From NCBI GenBank assembly GCA_963630635.1, contig CAVGOA010000003.1, forward strand, positions 589-64,588: a stretch of DNA of 64,000 nucleotides. Reading direction: 5' to 3'. Position 1 is the stretch's first letter. Every line of letters begins with the position of its first letter. This DNA comes from Paludibacteraceae bacterium (GTDB lineage Bacteria > Actinomycetota > Coriobacteriia > Coriobacteriales > Atopobiaceae). The notes beneath the pieces are model-generated. The model was not told the DNA's origin, made no database searches, and worked only from the letters and a program-made list of their open reading frames with translations. Made by a program: the position numbers and the translations under genes. This document shows, one piece after another, positions 18,107 to 28,071 of this stretch.

Positions 18107-19726
18107 CTACTTCTTGTCGGTGGCCAGGCGGGGGAACAAGGCGTCGCCCTTGGTCACGGGCACGCCGCCCGCAAGGCCGCCCCACTGGCAAACGCCGGCC
18201 AGGTCGCAGGTGTTGGCCTCATCGGCCAGCGACATGCGGGACAGGGCCTCGGCAGAGGTCGTGGGCATGAAGGGCGACAGCAGGTGCGCGCAGATACGAA
18301 TGGACTCAAGCAGGTTGACGATGATGTCTGCCAGCTCGCCCGCGCGGGCCTCGTCCTTGGCCACGGCCCAGGGAGCGGTGTCCTCGATGTAGTGGTTGGC
18401 AGCGTGGACCAGCTCCATGACCACGTCCTTGGCGCCCACGTAGTCCATCTTCTCCATGTGCTCGGCGTAGCGCTCGACGATGCCGGTTGCCACGTCGCGA
18501 AGCGGGTTGGGCTTCTCGGCCCAGCCCTCGGCCAGCTCGGGCGTCTTGCCGTCGAAGTACTTGGCGCTCATGTTGAGCGAGCGCGACACCAGGTTGCCCC
18601 AGCTGTTAGCAAGGTCTGCGTTGTAGACCTGCTCCATGCGCTCGAAGCTGATGGCCGAGTCCTCGCCGTGGGCGACGTCGGTCATGAAGTAGTAGCGGTA
18701 GCCCTCAACGCCCAGCAGGTCAACGACGTCTTGCGGCGCGATCGCGTTGCCGCGCGACTTGGACATCTTCTCGGCCTTGCCCGTCTCGGAGTTGCGCACG
18801 GTCAAGAAGCCGTGGGCAAAGACGTGCTGGGGCAAAGGCTCGCCGATGGCCATAAGCATGGCCGGCCAAATGACGCAGTGGAAGCGGATGATGTCCTTGC
18901 CCACCACGTGGTACTGGGCGGGCCAGCGGTGCGCATACTCAGCGCGGGAGGCCTCGTCGTCCAGGCTGTAGCCCACGGCGGTCATGTAGTTGAGAAGGGC
19001 ATCGAACCACACGTAGGTCACGTGGCCGTCGTCGAAGGGCACGGGGATGCCCCAGTCAAAGCTCGTGCGCGAGACAGAAAGGTCGGTAAGGCCGCCCTCG
19101 ACAAAGCTACGGACCTCGTTCATGCGAAAAGCCGGCTGGACAAAGTCGGGGTGCTCGTCGTAGAGAGCAAGCAGCTTGTCCTGGAAGGCCGAGAGCTTGA
19201 AGAAGTAGGACTCCTCCTGCACGCGCTCCAGCGGACGGCCGCAATCGGGGCACAGGTGCTGGCCCTGGGTCTCGTGCTCCTCGTCGGACTTCTTGACCTG
19301 GTTCTCGGTGAAGTAGGTCTCTTCGGGCACGCAGTACCAGCCGTCGTAGCTGCCCTTATACAGGTAGCCGGACTCTTTCATGCGCTCCCACAGGTACTGC
19401 ACGGCGTGGTGCTGGCGCGGCTCGGTGGTACGGATGAAGTCGTCGTTGGAGATCTCGAGCTCTTCCCACAGGTTCTTGAACAGCGGCGCCTGCGAGTCGC
19501 ACCAGGCCTGCGGGGTGTCGAAGCCGTGGGCGGTCGCGGCCTCGGCGACCTTCTCGCCGTGCTCGTCCATGCCGGTGAGGAACTTGACGTCGTAGCCGGC
19601 CGCGCGACGGTAGCGCGCCTGGACGTCGCACATCATGGTGCAGTAAGCGGTGCCCAGGTGAGGGGCGGCGTTGACGTAGTAGATGGGGGTCGTGATGTAG
19701 AACGAGGGCTTGGTGACGTTTGCCAT
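18107..19726 (-). CDS. metG: Methionine--tRNA ligase
   Basis: YITTPIYYVNAAPHLG, YVWFDAL, GKDIIRFH, KMSKS. Confidence 0.98.
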   Translation of the reverse strand: MANVTKPSFYITTPIYYVNAAPHLGTAYCTMMCDVQARYRRAAGYDVKFLTGMDEHGEKVAEAATAHGFDTPQAWCDSQAPLFKNLWEELEISNDDFIRTTEPRQHHAVQYLWERMKESGYLYKGSYDGWYCVPEETYFTENQVKKSDEEHETQGQHLCPDCGRPLERVQEESYFFKLSAFQDKLLALYDEHPDFVQPAFRMNEVRSFVEGGLTDLSVSRTSFDWGIPVPFDDGHVTYVWFDALLNYMTAVGYSLDDEASRAEYAHRWPAQYHVVGKDIIRFHCVIWPAMLMAIGEPLPQHVFAHGFLTVRNSETGKAEKMSKSRGNAIAPQDVVDLLGVEGYRYYFMTDVAHGEDSAISFERMEQVYNADLANSWGNLVSRSLNMSAKYFDGKTPELAEGWAEKPNPLRDVATGIVERYAEHMEKMDYVGAKDVVMELVHAANHYIEDTAPWAVAKDEARAGELADIIVNLLESIRICAHLLSPFMPTTSAEALSRMSLADEANTCDLAGVCQWGGLAGGVPVTKGDALFPRLATDKK

Positions 19727-19819
19727 GTTTGTACTCCTCATGACGGATGGATGGCAGAGTTTGCAAATAACTGTACGATTGTAGCGCCGATTCAAGATTA
19801 TGGGAAAGATGGCCGAGAA

Positions 19820-20734
19820 ATGACGCTTACGCAGCTAAGGTACGTGATCGAGGTCGCCGAGGCCGGCTCGATGAGCGCCGCGGCAGCCCGCCTCTTTATT
19901 GCGCAGCCCAGCCTTTCGAAGGCCGTCGCTGAGCTTGAGGCCGAGATGGGCGTACGAATCTTCGACCGCAGCTCAAGGGGCGTGCGCACCACAGACGAAG
20001 GCACGCGCTTCTTGTCCTACGCCCGCCAGGTCGTGGAGCAGGCCGACCTTCTAGAGAGCCACTACCTGCACACCGAAGCCCCCAAGCGCGTCTTTGCGGT
20101 GTCAAGCCAGCACTACGCCTTTGTGGTCAACGCCTTTGTCCAACTAGTGCGCGAACTGGGCCGCGACAAATACGAGTTCTCTTTGCGAGAAGGGACCACG
20201 GCAGGCATCATCGAGGACGTGCGCACGCAGAGAAGCGAGGTGGGCGTCATCTACCGCAGCCACTTTAACCAGGAGGTTATTGGCGCCGCGATCGCCCGCG
20301 CCGAGCTGCGCTTCGAGCCGCTGTTCACGGCCTCGCCCCATGTTTTTGTGAGCCACACATCGCCTTTGGCCGGGCGCGAGCGCGTGACGCTGGCCGATCT
20401 CGCGCCCTTCCCGCGATTGACCTACGACCAGGGAACGCAGAACTCGTTCTACTTCTCGGAAGAGCTGCACGCCGTCGAGGTGGTGGACAAGCAAATCGTG
20501 GTGACCGACCGCGCCACCCTGTTCAACCTGCTGATTGGCCTGGACGGCTACACGATTAGCTCGGGCATCTTGTCGGCCGACCTCAACGGCGAGGACATCG
20601 TGGCGCTGCCGCTGGAATCCGACGAGCACATGGAAGTGGGGTTCGTGAAGCCGGCGGCGCGCGCCCTCTCGCCCGTTGCCGCGCGCTATATCGAGCATCT
20701 GCGCAGCTACGTGGCCGGGTATCTGGAGGCGTAA
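19820..20734 (+). CDS. LysR family regulator (MetR/MtaR/CmbR-like)
   Basis: MTLTQLRY..SMSAAAARLFIAQPSLS; VSSQHYAF, SFYFSEE, VTDRATL; directly upstream of a metE-like gene. Confidence 0.93.
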   Translation: MTLTQLRYVIEVAEAGSMSAAAARLFIAQPSLSKAVAELEAEMGVRIFDRSSRGVRTTDEGTRFLSYARQVVEQADLLESHYLHTEAPKRVFAVSSQHYAFVVNAFVQLVRELGRDKYEFSLREGTTAGIIEDVRTQRSEVGVIYRSHFNQEVIGAAIARAELRFEPLFTASPHVFVSHTSPLAGRERVTLADLAPFPRLTYDQGTQNSFYFSEELHAVEVVDKQIVVTDRATLFNLLIGLDGYTISSGILSADLNGEDIVALPLESDEHMEVGFVKPAARALSPVAARYIEHLRSYVAGYLEA

Positions 20735-20792
20735 CGGGCGCGGGGCACGGCGGGGTTCTGGACGGCGCGGGGCGTTCTTCTCGCCAGTTTTT

Positions 20793-20809
20793 CATAGCCT
20801 TTGGCTATG
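20793..20809. promoter_or_regulatory. Putative LysR (MetR/MtaR-type) operator
   Basis: 17-bp palindrome CATAGCC-TTT-GGCTATG upstream of the methionine synthase-like gene. Confidence 0.6.
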
Positions 20810-20898
20810 GCCACACATAGGAACTCGATAGTTTTTTATGGCAAGAAGACCTGCCACACTCGTTTGCGTCAACAAAAGCGCAAGCGAAAGGAAGTCCC

Positions 20899-22032
20899 AT
20901 GCCCTACACCCACAACGCCCCGTTCCGCTACGACGTCGTCGGCAGCTTCCTGCGCCCGGACGTCCTCAAGCAGGCCCGTCACGACTTCGCGGCCGGCGTA
21001 ATCGACGACGCCGGGCTCAAGGCCGTCGAGGACGAGGCCATCCGCGACCTGGTTGCCAAGCAAAAGGCGGCCGGCCTGCACGTGATCACCGACGGCGAGT
21101 TCCGCCGCAGCTACTGGCACCTGGACTTTATGTGGGGCTTGAACGGCATCGAGCGCGCGACCGCACGCCAGGGCTATATGTTCCACGACGAGGAGACCAC
21201 CGCAGACACCGCCGTGGTCAAGGGTAAGATCAGCGGCGAGAATCACCCCTTTGTCGAGCACTTCAAGTTCGTGAAGGCGCTGGAAAAGAACGGTGTCGTT
21301 GCCCGCCAGACCATGCCCGCGCCCGTGCAGACGTACTCGGAGGTCGTGCTTGACCGCTGCGACGGCCAGGTCGAGAGCCTGCGCGCCGTCTACGCCGACG
21401 ACGAGGCCCTTATCGCCGACATCGCGGTCGCCTACCGCACCGTAATCGCCGAGCTCTACGCCGCCGGCTGCCGCAACATCCAGTTTGACGACTGCACCTG
21501 GGGCATCTACTGCGACACCGACTTTGTGGCCAAGACCGGCATGCAGCCTGTCGACATCCAGAAGGTCAGCGAGCTGGGCATTCGCCTTAACAACCTGGCC
21601 ATCGAGGGCAAGCCCGAAGACCTGGTGATCACCACGCATGTCTGCCGCGGCAACTACCACTCGACCTACGCCTTCGAGGGCGGCTACGACCCCATCGCGC
21701 CGTACTTGTTTGCCAACGAGAACGTCGACGCCTTCTACCTGGAGTTCGATACGCCGCGCGCCGGCGGCTTCGAGCCCCTGGCCCACGTGGCCGCAGGCAA
21801 GAAGGTCGTGCTTGGCCTGGTTACCTCCAAGCAGCCCGGCCTTGAGGAAGAGGATCTTCTCGTCCAGCGCATCAACGAGGCCGCCAAGTACGTGCCGCTT
21901 GAGAACCTGTATCTCTCCCCGCAGTGCGGCTTTGCCTCTTGCGAGTGCGGCAACAAGCTCACCGAGGACGAGCAGTGGGCAAAGATCGCCCTGGTCAAGC
22001 GCGTCGCCGAGCGCGTCTGGGGCCAGGACTAG
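20899..22032 (+). CDS. Cobalamin-independent methionine synthase II family protein (short MetE-like)
   Basis: VGSFLRP, TDGEFRR, HVCRGN, LEFD, LSPQCGFAS. Confidence 0.93.
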   Translation: MPYTHNAPFRYDVVGSFLRPDVLKQARHDFAAGVIDDAGLKAVEDEAIRDLVAKQKAAGLHVITDGEFRRSYWHLDFMWGLNGIERATARQGYMFHDEETTADTAVVKGKISGENHPFVEHFKFVKALEKNGVVARQTMPAPVQTYSEVVLDRCDGQVESLRAVYADDEALIADIAVAYRTVIAELYAAGCRNIQFDDCTWGIYCDTDFVAKTGMQPVDIQKVSELGIRLNNLAIEGKPEDLVITTHVCRGNYHSTYAFEGGYDPIAPYLFANENVDAFYLEFDTPRAGGFEPLAHVAAGKKVVLGLVTSKQPGLEEEDLLVQRINEAAKYVPLENLYLSPQCGFASCECGNKLTEDEQWAKIALVKRVAERVWGQD

Positions 22033-22094
22033 GAAACCAGAACTTGGGCTATTGAAACGCGCCCGGGTGCCGTATTCCAAGGCGCCCGGGCATG

Positions 22095-22955
22095 TTACTT
22101 TGCGGCCTCTGCGGCGAGAATGGCGTCGTAGACCTGGGCCTTGGGCAGCTTGAACTCGCGGGCCAGGCGCTTGGCGAGGGCACTTTTGGGCTCGCCGGCG
22201 GCCAGACCGGCCGCGATGGCCTCGTCGACGCTGGCGGGACCGCCCGCGGCGGCGCGGCGGCGCTCGTCAAGCTCGTCTGCCGTGGGCGCGGCGATGACCA
22301 CCACGCACTCGCCGCGCACCTCGTCGCGGGCCGCGATTTGGGCCGCAAGCTCGCCCGAAAGGCCGCGCACGCACTCCTCATGCAGCTTGGTGAGCTCGCG
22401 AACCAGCGCCACGCGGCGGGACGGAAAGACCTCGGCCACGTTGGCCAGTGTCTCGGCCACGCGACGAGGGCTCTCGTAGATAACCAGCGCGCCCGGTACA
22501 AAGGCCAGCTCGCCCAGGCGCTCTACCTGCGCGGACTTCTTGCGAGGCAAGAAACCCTCGAAGAAGAAGTGCTCACTCGCAAGGCCGCTGGCCACCAGCG
22601 CGCACGTCACCGCCGAGGGACCGGGCACGACCTCAACGCGAATGCCCTCGTCAAGTGCGGAGTCAACCAGTCGCTGGCCAGGATCGGACACGCCCGGCAT
22701 GCCGGCGTCCGAGACAAACGCCACGTGCTCGCCCGCGGCCAGACGCTCCATAACGCTTACCACGCGCTGCTCAATGATGTTCTCGTCGCAGCGCTCAAGG
22801 CGGGTATGCAGGTCAAAGGCGCTCATCAGCTTACCGGTGACGCGCGTGTCCTCGCACAAGACAACGTCGGCGGTGCCCAGCGTCTCGATCACGCGGGGCG
22901 AGGCGTCGCCCAAGTTGCCGATGGGCGTGCCCACAACACTCAGAAGACCAGCCAT
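22095..22955 (-). CDS. rsmI: 16S rRNA C1402 2'-O-methyltransferase
   Basis: VGTPIGNLGD, CEDTR, SDAGMPGVSDPG, YESP, RELTKLHEE. Confidence 0.97.
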   Translation of the reverse strand: MAGLLSVVGTPIGNLGDASPRVIETLGTADVVLCEDTRVTGKLMSAFDLHTRLERCDENIIEQRVVSVMERLAAGEHVAFVSDAGMPGVSDPGQRLVDSALDEGIRVEVVPGPSAVTCALVASGLASEHFFFEGFLPRKKSAQVERLGELAFVPGALVIYESPRRVAETLANVAEVFPSRRVALVRELTKLHEECVRGLSGELAAQIAARDEVRGECVVVIAAPTADELDERRRAAAGGPASVDEAIAAGLAAGEPKSALAKRLAREFKLPKAQVYDAILAAEAAK

Positions 22956-23998
22956 TACGCGATCAACCCGCGCTCGAACGAGGCCAGGGCCACACGGGCG
23001 TCCCAGCCGGGGAGAAGCTCGGACGTCTTCCAGGTGTTGAAGAACCACGCCGGGCACTTCTCGTATGAGACAAGCTGCTCGGAGGTATAGACGCGCTCGA
23101 GGGCGATGCGGCCCTCGGGGGTCATGGCCGAGTCTGCCATGGGAAGCGATGCGGACCACTTGCCCACCATGACGGGCATGCCGCTGTTCTGCGCGGCCTT
23201 GATGTACTTGGCCTCCTCGGCAACCAGCCGGCGCACGCCCGAAGGCGCCGAGACGTCGATCTTGGTACGGCTCTTGTCCAGGTGCACATCGAGCCACACG
23301 TTTTGATAGTGGCGCTGAGCCATAAACTTGTTGAGGCCGGCCGGGTAGCCGCCGTCGGGCATGATGACCACGGGCTCAGGCCCTGCGGCGGTGCGGATAA
23401 GCTCGTAGGCCTCGCGATAGTAGTTGCGAAGTTGATGCTGCGGCACGCCGTCGGTCAGCGAAAAGCCGCGGCGGCGCTGCACGCCCACCTCGTCGGCGAT
23501 CTCGATGCCAAAAAAGCCCAGGCGCGAGGCATAGCGCTTGCACAGGGCATAGGTGACGTCCAGGGCGGCTTTTCTTGCCTGGGAAAAATCGGAGAGATCG
23601 GACATGCGGGTGGCGTCACCGGTGAAGGTGCCCGGGTTGATGGCCAGGACAAAGACGACCTTGAGGTCGATGTCCTCGGCCCAGTCAAGGGCCTGGTCGA
23701 GAACATCGACACAGCCCACGAAAGACGCCGGGTCGGGCCCCGCCGAGCCAAAGGCGTACCAGGGCACCGGCAGGCGCACGGCGTTGAACCCGCGCGAGGC
23801 AATGCGGTCAAAGTCCTCTTTGGTGATGAAGGTCTCGCGGTGGCGGCGGACGACGTCGGCGTAGCGACGCTCACCCAAGGCCTCTACCAGCGAGTCCTCG
23901 TCCAACGAGCCCGACTCGGCAAAGAGCTCGGGCGTGACCCAGGGCTCCAAGGACAACCAACCGGTAAGGTTCACTCCGTGCAAGACGCTGCCGGCCAC
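22955..23998 (-). CDS. GH5 (exo-1,3-beta-glucanase-like) fold protein, probably inactive
   Basis: GVNLTGWLSLEPWVTP, FITKEDF, GFNAVRLPV, WFFNTWK; catalytic motifs altered (ADEV, GKWS). Confidence 0.85.
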   Translation of the reverse strand: MAGSVLHGVNLTGWLSLEPWVTPELFAESGSLDEDSLVEALGERRYADVVRRHRETFITKEDFDRIASRGFNAVRLPVPWYAFGSAGPDPASFVGCVDVLDQALDWAEDIDLKVVFVLAINPGTFTGDATRMSDLSDFSQARKAALDVTYALCKRYASRLGFFGIEIADEVGVQRRRGFSLTDGVPQHQLRNYYREAYELIRTAAGPEPVVIMPDGGYPAGLNKFMAQRHYQNVWLDVHLDKSRTKIDVSAPSGVRRLVAEEAKYIKAAQNSGMPVMVGKWSASLPMADSAMTPEGRIALERVYTSEQLVSYEKCPAWFFNTWKTSELLPGWDARVALASFERGLIA

Positions 23999-24037
23999 CA
24001 GGCACCTCCCCTATCAAAAACGGTAATTACTTGCAGT

Positions 24038-24466
24038 CTACCCTTCTTCCACGACATAAATAGCGCGGTTGTTGGGCGTCTCGTTGCAATCTACGCGGCT
24101 CACGGGAAGTCCGCGGGCGGCCAGGCGGTCGGCCAGGTAATGCGCGAGGTTCTCGGCCGTGGTCCTAAAAGGCAGGATAGTAAGCGAGAAGCCCTCGTCT
24201 TCCAGGGCAGCGATGGTCGCGGGCTTAAGCGAGCCCTCCTCAACCAGGAAGGTGTGGTCAAGGGCGTCGCACTCCTCGCGCACGATCTTCTTGAAGTGGG
24301 TGAAGTCGACCACCATGTCCTTCTCGTTGCCGTCGCCTTGCAGGGCACGCGAGCGCACATAGACCACCACGCGCCACTGGTGGCCGTGGAGGTTCTCGCA
24401 TTTGCCGTGGTAATCGGTCAAAAAGTGGGCCGAGTCAAACCAGTACTCGGTGGAAAGCTCGTACAT
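24038..24466 (-). CDS. queD: 6-carboxytetrahydropterin synthase
   Basis: FDSAH, CENLHGH, LDH, TTAENLA, ETP. Confidence 0.93.
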   Translation of the reverse strand: MYELSTEYWFDSAHFLTDYHGKCENLHGHQWRVVVYVRSRALQGDGNEKDMVVDFTHFKKIVREECDALDHTFLVEEGSLKPATIAALEDEGFSLTILPFRTTAENLAHYLADRLAARGLPVSRVDCNETPNNRAIYVVEEG

Positions 24467-24530
24467 TGGGATGCTCCTTAGGTAGCGGGCAGGGTTTAGG
24501 CGAGAAGTGCGGGCGACGCGCAGGCAGGCC

Positions 24531-25178
24531 CTAGAGCGTGCGGCCGTCCAGGAAGAGGAAGCCCATGATGGCCAGGGTCGCCAGGGCGCAGACCGCCAGC
24601 GTGGCCACGCGCCCCTTGGTGTCGCGCTGCATCTGCCAGGTCATGAAGAAGATCGACCCAAAGCAGACGGCCACAGTGAGCAGGTGAAACGGCGGGGTCT
24701 TGAGCATGACGCCAAAGTAGTGGCAGCCCAAGAGCGACTGGATGGTGCAGCCCAGGCCCAAGATGATCCAGCCCAGCGGGTTTTGGCGTGTGATGAAGTA
24801 GGCGATGAAGCCTCCGGGCAAGGTAAGGAGGGTCGCGGGGCCCCAAACGGCCGTGTAGTAGTAAATCGCCATGTTGGCCGAGACAGCGCCCAGCAGGACC
24901 TCGGCCACATAGCACAAGGGCTGGCTCACCAGGAAGAACACGAAGATCTTGAGCGCGCTTTCCCAGCTCTTCTTGCAGTTGGACGCGATGATGAAGGCAA
25001 AGATGACCCACCACTCATGCGTGACCGAGATGTCGTGAAACGACGTGTTGGCCAGGGCGGGGATCGAGTTCATGACGCCGGCATAGATACCCGCCGCGGC
25101 GCCAAAAATCAACACGATGGGCCAGGTCATGGGCAGGTCTCCAAAGAGGCGCTTCTTGGGTGCAACGGCAGTGGTCAT
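24531..25178 (-). CDS. Integral membrane protein
   Basis: 215 aa with about seven hydrophobic segments; AAGGA RBS. Confidence 0.8.
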   Translation of the reverse strand: MTTAVAPKKRLFGDLPMTWPIVLIFGAAAGIYAGVMNSIPALANTSFHDISVTHEWWVIFAFIIASNCKKSWESALKIFVFFLVSQPLCYVAEVLLGAVSANMAIYYYTAVWGPATLLTLPGGFIAYFITRQNPLGWIILGLGCTIQSLLGCHYFGVMLKTPPFHLLTVAVCFGSIFFMTWQMQRDTKGRVATLAVCALATLAIMGFLFLDGRTL

Positions 25179-25446
25179 TCGACGGTCCTTTACAGGTGCC
25201 GGGCGTGCCGGCGCCGGTCGTGTGCCTATAGAAAGACGACGCAGGCGAGAAGCCCACGTCGTTGCAACAACTGTTTAATTGTAGCCGGTGCGGCCGCCGA
25301 GAAGAGCAGCGCAGGCCGGGCGCTACCAAATGCCCAGAACGCGCTACTCGCCGCGCCGCGCGAGCCGGGCAGTCGGGGCGTGTCTGGCCTATACTTGTTG
25401 ACATTCGTTTCTTTTGCGAGCTTCTCGCCAACAGAAAGCAGGAATC

Positions 25447-25848
25447 ATGTCCCAAAACAGGAAATACCTCAAGATCTTGAGCTTGGCCCAGTTTGTCGTG
25501 GGTATCGTCGTCGTTGTGCTGGCTTGCATCTCTAAGTTTGGCGCCGGCGTCGTTGCCGGCTCGGATCTGGGCGAGACCCTGCGTCTCTACCTGGATTTCA
25601 TTGCCTTTGTGGTACTGGCCTTCCTCACTATTGCCAGCTCGGTCACGGGCATCCACGGAGCCAACCGACCCAGCGCCCTGGGCAGCCACCGCTTGCTCTC
25701 GCTGCTGGGCGCCATCGCGGGCCTCATCGCCTGCGTGGTCTCGGCGGGCAACGGGCTGCCGTTTGTACCGGCGCTCGCGATGGTCATCGACATCGACGCC
25801 GGGTGGCTGGACACCAAGGTGCGCAAAGAGCTGGACGAGAGGCGTTAG
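25447..25848 (+). CDS. Four-TM hypothetical membrane protein
   Basis: AGGA RBS, ATG 25447, downstream terminator. Confidence 0.75.
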   Translation: MSQNRKYLKILSLAQFVVGIVVVVLACISKFGAGVVAGSDLGETLRLYLDFIAFVVLAFLTIASSVTGIHGANRPSALGSHRLLSLLGAIAGLIACVVSAGNGLPFVPALAMVIDIDAGWLDTKVRKELDERR

Positions 25849-25879
25849 GGCTTCTCGGTGCATAAAACGGCACATGAGA

Positions 25880-25924
25880 ACGGGGCCGTCTGAGTCAAAG
25901 GGACTCGGGCGGCCCCGATTTTTG
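25880..25924 (+). terminator. Intrinsic terminator
   Basis: CGGGGCCGTCTGAGTC-loop-GACTCGGGCGGCCCCG plus T-tract between convergent genes. Confidence 0.7.
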
Positions 25925-25972
25925 TGGCGAGAAGGGCGACGTGGGCAGCGCGGACGGGCCAGGGCCGACCGC

Positions 25973-27127
25973 CTACCCCTCGGCGATCTGGCGCAGCGCG
26001 TCGATGGCCTGGTCGACCTCGCCCGCCGTGGTGAACCAGCCGGTCGAAAAGCGGACGACGCCCTGTTGGACGGTGCCAAGGGCCCGGTGCATGAGGGGCG
26101 CGCAGTGGGCGCCGGGGCGCGTCGCGATGCCCCACCCCTGCATGAGCAGGTCCGAGACCTCGGCAGACATAAGGCCATCGATGTTAAGGCCCACAATTCC
26201 AGGGCGAGAAGTGCCAGGCACGGCCACGGGCCAGTCGCCGTAGACCGTCACCCCGGGCAGGTCGCAAACGCCCTCGTAAAGGCGGCGGGCCATCGCGGTC
26301 TCGTGCGCCGCTATGGCCTCGACACCGCCGTTTTGCTCGATAAACGCCAAGGCAGCGTTAAGGCCTGCAAGCCCATGGGCATTGGTGGTACCCGCTTCTA
26401 AGCGCGTGGGCCACTCGGTTGGCTGCAGGCGCTCGAAGCTGTGGACGCCCGTGCCGCCCACGCACCAGGGGCGCACGTCGACGCCGGGCGCCACCGCCAA
26501 GCCGCCCGTGCCCTGTGGCCCCATAAGAGCCTTGTGACCGGTAAAGCACACGATGTCCAGGCCCTGAGCCGCCATGTCGATGGGGAGAAGCCCCGCCGAC
26601 TGCGAGGCGTCCACGACGCACAGCGCCCCGGCCTCGTGCGCGATTTGGGCCACGCGGGCCACGTCCACCACGTTGCCCGTCACGTTAGATGCCCCCGTGA
26701 CCACAACGGCCCGCGTGCCGGGCGTAACCAGGCGGGCCAGGTCGTCTAGGTCAAGGCGGCCCAGCTCGTCGCAGTCGGCAAAGGCCAGCTCAACGCCGTG
26801 CTCGGCCGCCAGGCGGTTGAGCGGCCGCAAGACCGAGTTATGCTCGAGCACCGTGGTGACCACGCGATCGCCCTGGCCTACCACGCCGGTGATCGCGCAG
26901 TTGAGAGCTGCCGTCGAGTTGGGGGCAAAGGCCACGTGGTCGGCCTGCGGGCAGCCGAGAAGGGCAGACACGCGCTCGCGGCACTCGTGGACCGTGCGGG
27001 CGGCGTCCATCGCCGCGGCACCGGCACCTCGCCCCGCGTTGCCCAGCGACCCCATGGCCGCCACAACGGCATCGATGACCTGCTGCGGCTTACGCATCGT
27101 GGTAGCCGCGTTGTCAAGGTAGACCAC
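25973..27127 (-). CDS. Cysteine desulfurase/selenocysteine lyase family (class V PLP enzyme)
   Basis: YLDNAATT, EHNSV, DASQ, FTGHKALMGP, RPGAHCAP. Confidence 0.93.
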   Translation of the reverse strand: MVYLDNAATTMRKPQQVIDAVVAAMGSLGNAGRGAGAAAMDAARTVHECRERVSALLGCPQADHVAFAPNSTAALNCAITGVVGQGDRVVTTVLEHNSVLRPLNRLAAEHGVELAFADCDELGRLDLDDLARLVTPGTRAVVVTGASNVTGNVVDVARVAQIAHEAGALCVVDASQSAGLLPIDMAAQGLDIVCFTGHKALMGPQGTGGLAVAPGVDVRPWCVGGTGVHSFERLQPTEWPTRLEAGTTNAHGLAGLNAALAFIEQNGGVEAIAAHETAMARRLYEGVCDLPGVTVYGDWPVAVPGTSRPGIVGLNIDGLMSAEVSDLLMQGWGIATRPGAHCAPLMHRALGTVQQGVVRFSTGWFTTAGEVDQAIDALRQIAEG

Positions 27128-27129
27128 GG

Positions 27130-27387
27130 CTATTCCCTCACGAACTCGAGCATCTGGACGGTGTGGAAGCCCTCAACGGGCACCCCGCCCGCGGCAAGGC
27201 CCGCCTCAAGCACCATGCGGTCTTCGGGCGCGGCCTTCCACGCAAGCCCGCAGCCCGCCGAGATCTCTCCCGGCACGGGGATCATGCGACCCGGCAGGTT
27301 CTTCTCGCCGCATAAGTCTTCGCAGCTCATGGCAGCCGCAGTGGTGGGAAACGTCACCACCAAGGCCGGTTTGCGCACGCGCGGCAC
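27130..27387 (-). CDS. DUF3343 family protein
   Basis: VVTFPTT..AM, IPVPGEISAGCG. Confidence 0.88.
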   Translation of the reverse strand: MPRVRKPALVVTFPTTAAAMSCEDLCGEKNLPGRMIPVPGEISAGCGLAWKAAPEDRMVLEAGLAAGGVPVEGFHTVQMLEFVRE

Positions 27388-27390
27388 GGC

Positions 27391-28014
27391 CTACGGCCTC
27401 ACGACGACAGAGGCGCCGGTGAGCTTCTGGGCGATCACGTACATGTTGGTGACCTCGCCCACCGCGAGCTTCTGGGTGATTCCGTAAAAATCGGTACAGG
27501 TGCCGCAGGTCAAGATCTCGACGCCGGCCTCGGCCAGGTTCTTGAGGTCCTCAAGGGACTCGGAGCCCTCGCAGGTAAGGTGGGCACCGCCGTTGTAGAA
27601 GAGGATCGTCTGGGGCAGCTCGTCCAGCTGGGTGAGCGAGAAGATGAAGGCCTTCATGAGCTTCTTGCCCAGGGTGTCGTCGCCGGTGCCCATAACAGCC
27701 GAGCTGATCTGCACGACGACGTTCTTCTTGGCGGGCACGGCGCACTCGGCGGCCTCGGGCTCGCCGGGGGCGACCTCGACAGCGGCAGTGGCAGTCACGA
27801 CGCAGCGCCATTCCTTCTCGCCGGTCTTCTCGCTGGCAAAAGAGCAGCCTTTAGAGGCCGCCATACGGGTGAGGTTTTGGACGGCGACCTGGTTGTCGAC
27901 AATGGTCTCGACCTCGCCAGGGCCGGCAAGGGTGCCCAGGGCCTTCAAGGTCTTGACGACGGGCAGGGGGCAGGCGTCGCCACGGGCGTCGATGACGAGC
28001 TTGGTGTTGGACAT
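27391..28014 (-). CDS. yedF: Sulfurtransferase-like selenium metabolism protein (TusA + DsrE-like)
   Basis: IDARGDACPLP, MGTGDDTLG, CGTC..YG, GEVTNMY. Confidence 0.92.
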   Translation of the reverse strand: MSNTKLVIDARGDACPLPVVKTLKALGTLAGPGEVETIVDNQVAVQNLTRMAASKGCSFASEKTGEKEWRCVVTATAAVEVAPGEPEAAECAVPAKKNVVVQISSAVMGTGDDTLGKKLMKAFIFSLTQLDELPQTILFYNGGAHLTCEGSESLEDLKNLAEAGVEILTCGTCTDFYGITQKLAVGEVTNMYVIAQKLTGASVVVRP

Positions 28015-28071
28015 GGTGCTTCCTTTCTTGGGTTCTTATTGGCGAGAAATAAATAAATCGCAGGTTAACGG

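Noticed and set aside
17498..19819. 1078-aa ORF appearing to extend LysR at the N-terminus
   Set aside because: Antisense shadow of rsmA/metG; the LysR HTH starts at ATG 19820
20735..20898. SAM or cobalamin riboswitch before the MetE-like gene
   Set aside because: No aptamer consensus seen; a LysR-type palindrome explains the region
22956..23297. N-terminal extension of rsmI in the track ORF
   Set aside because: Alternate frame of the GH5-like gene; rsmI motifs begin at 22955
24467..24530. preQ1 riboswitch upstream of queD
   Set aside because: No recognisable preQ1 stem or A-rich tail in the short spacer
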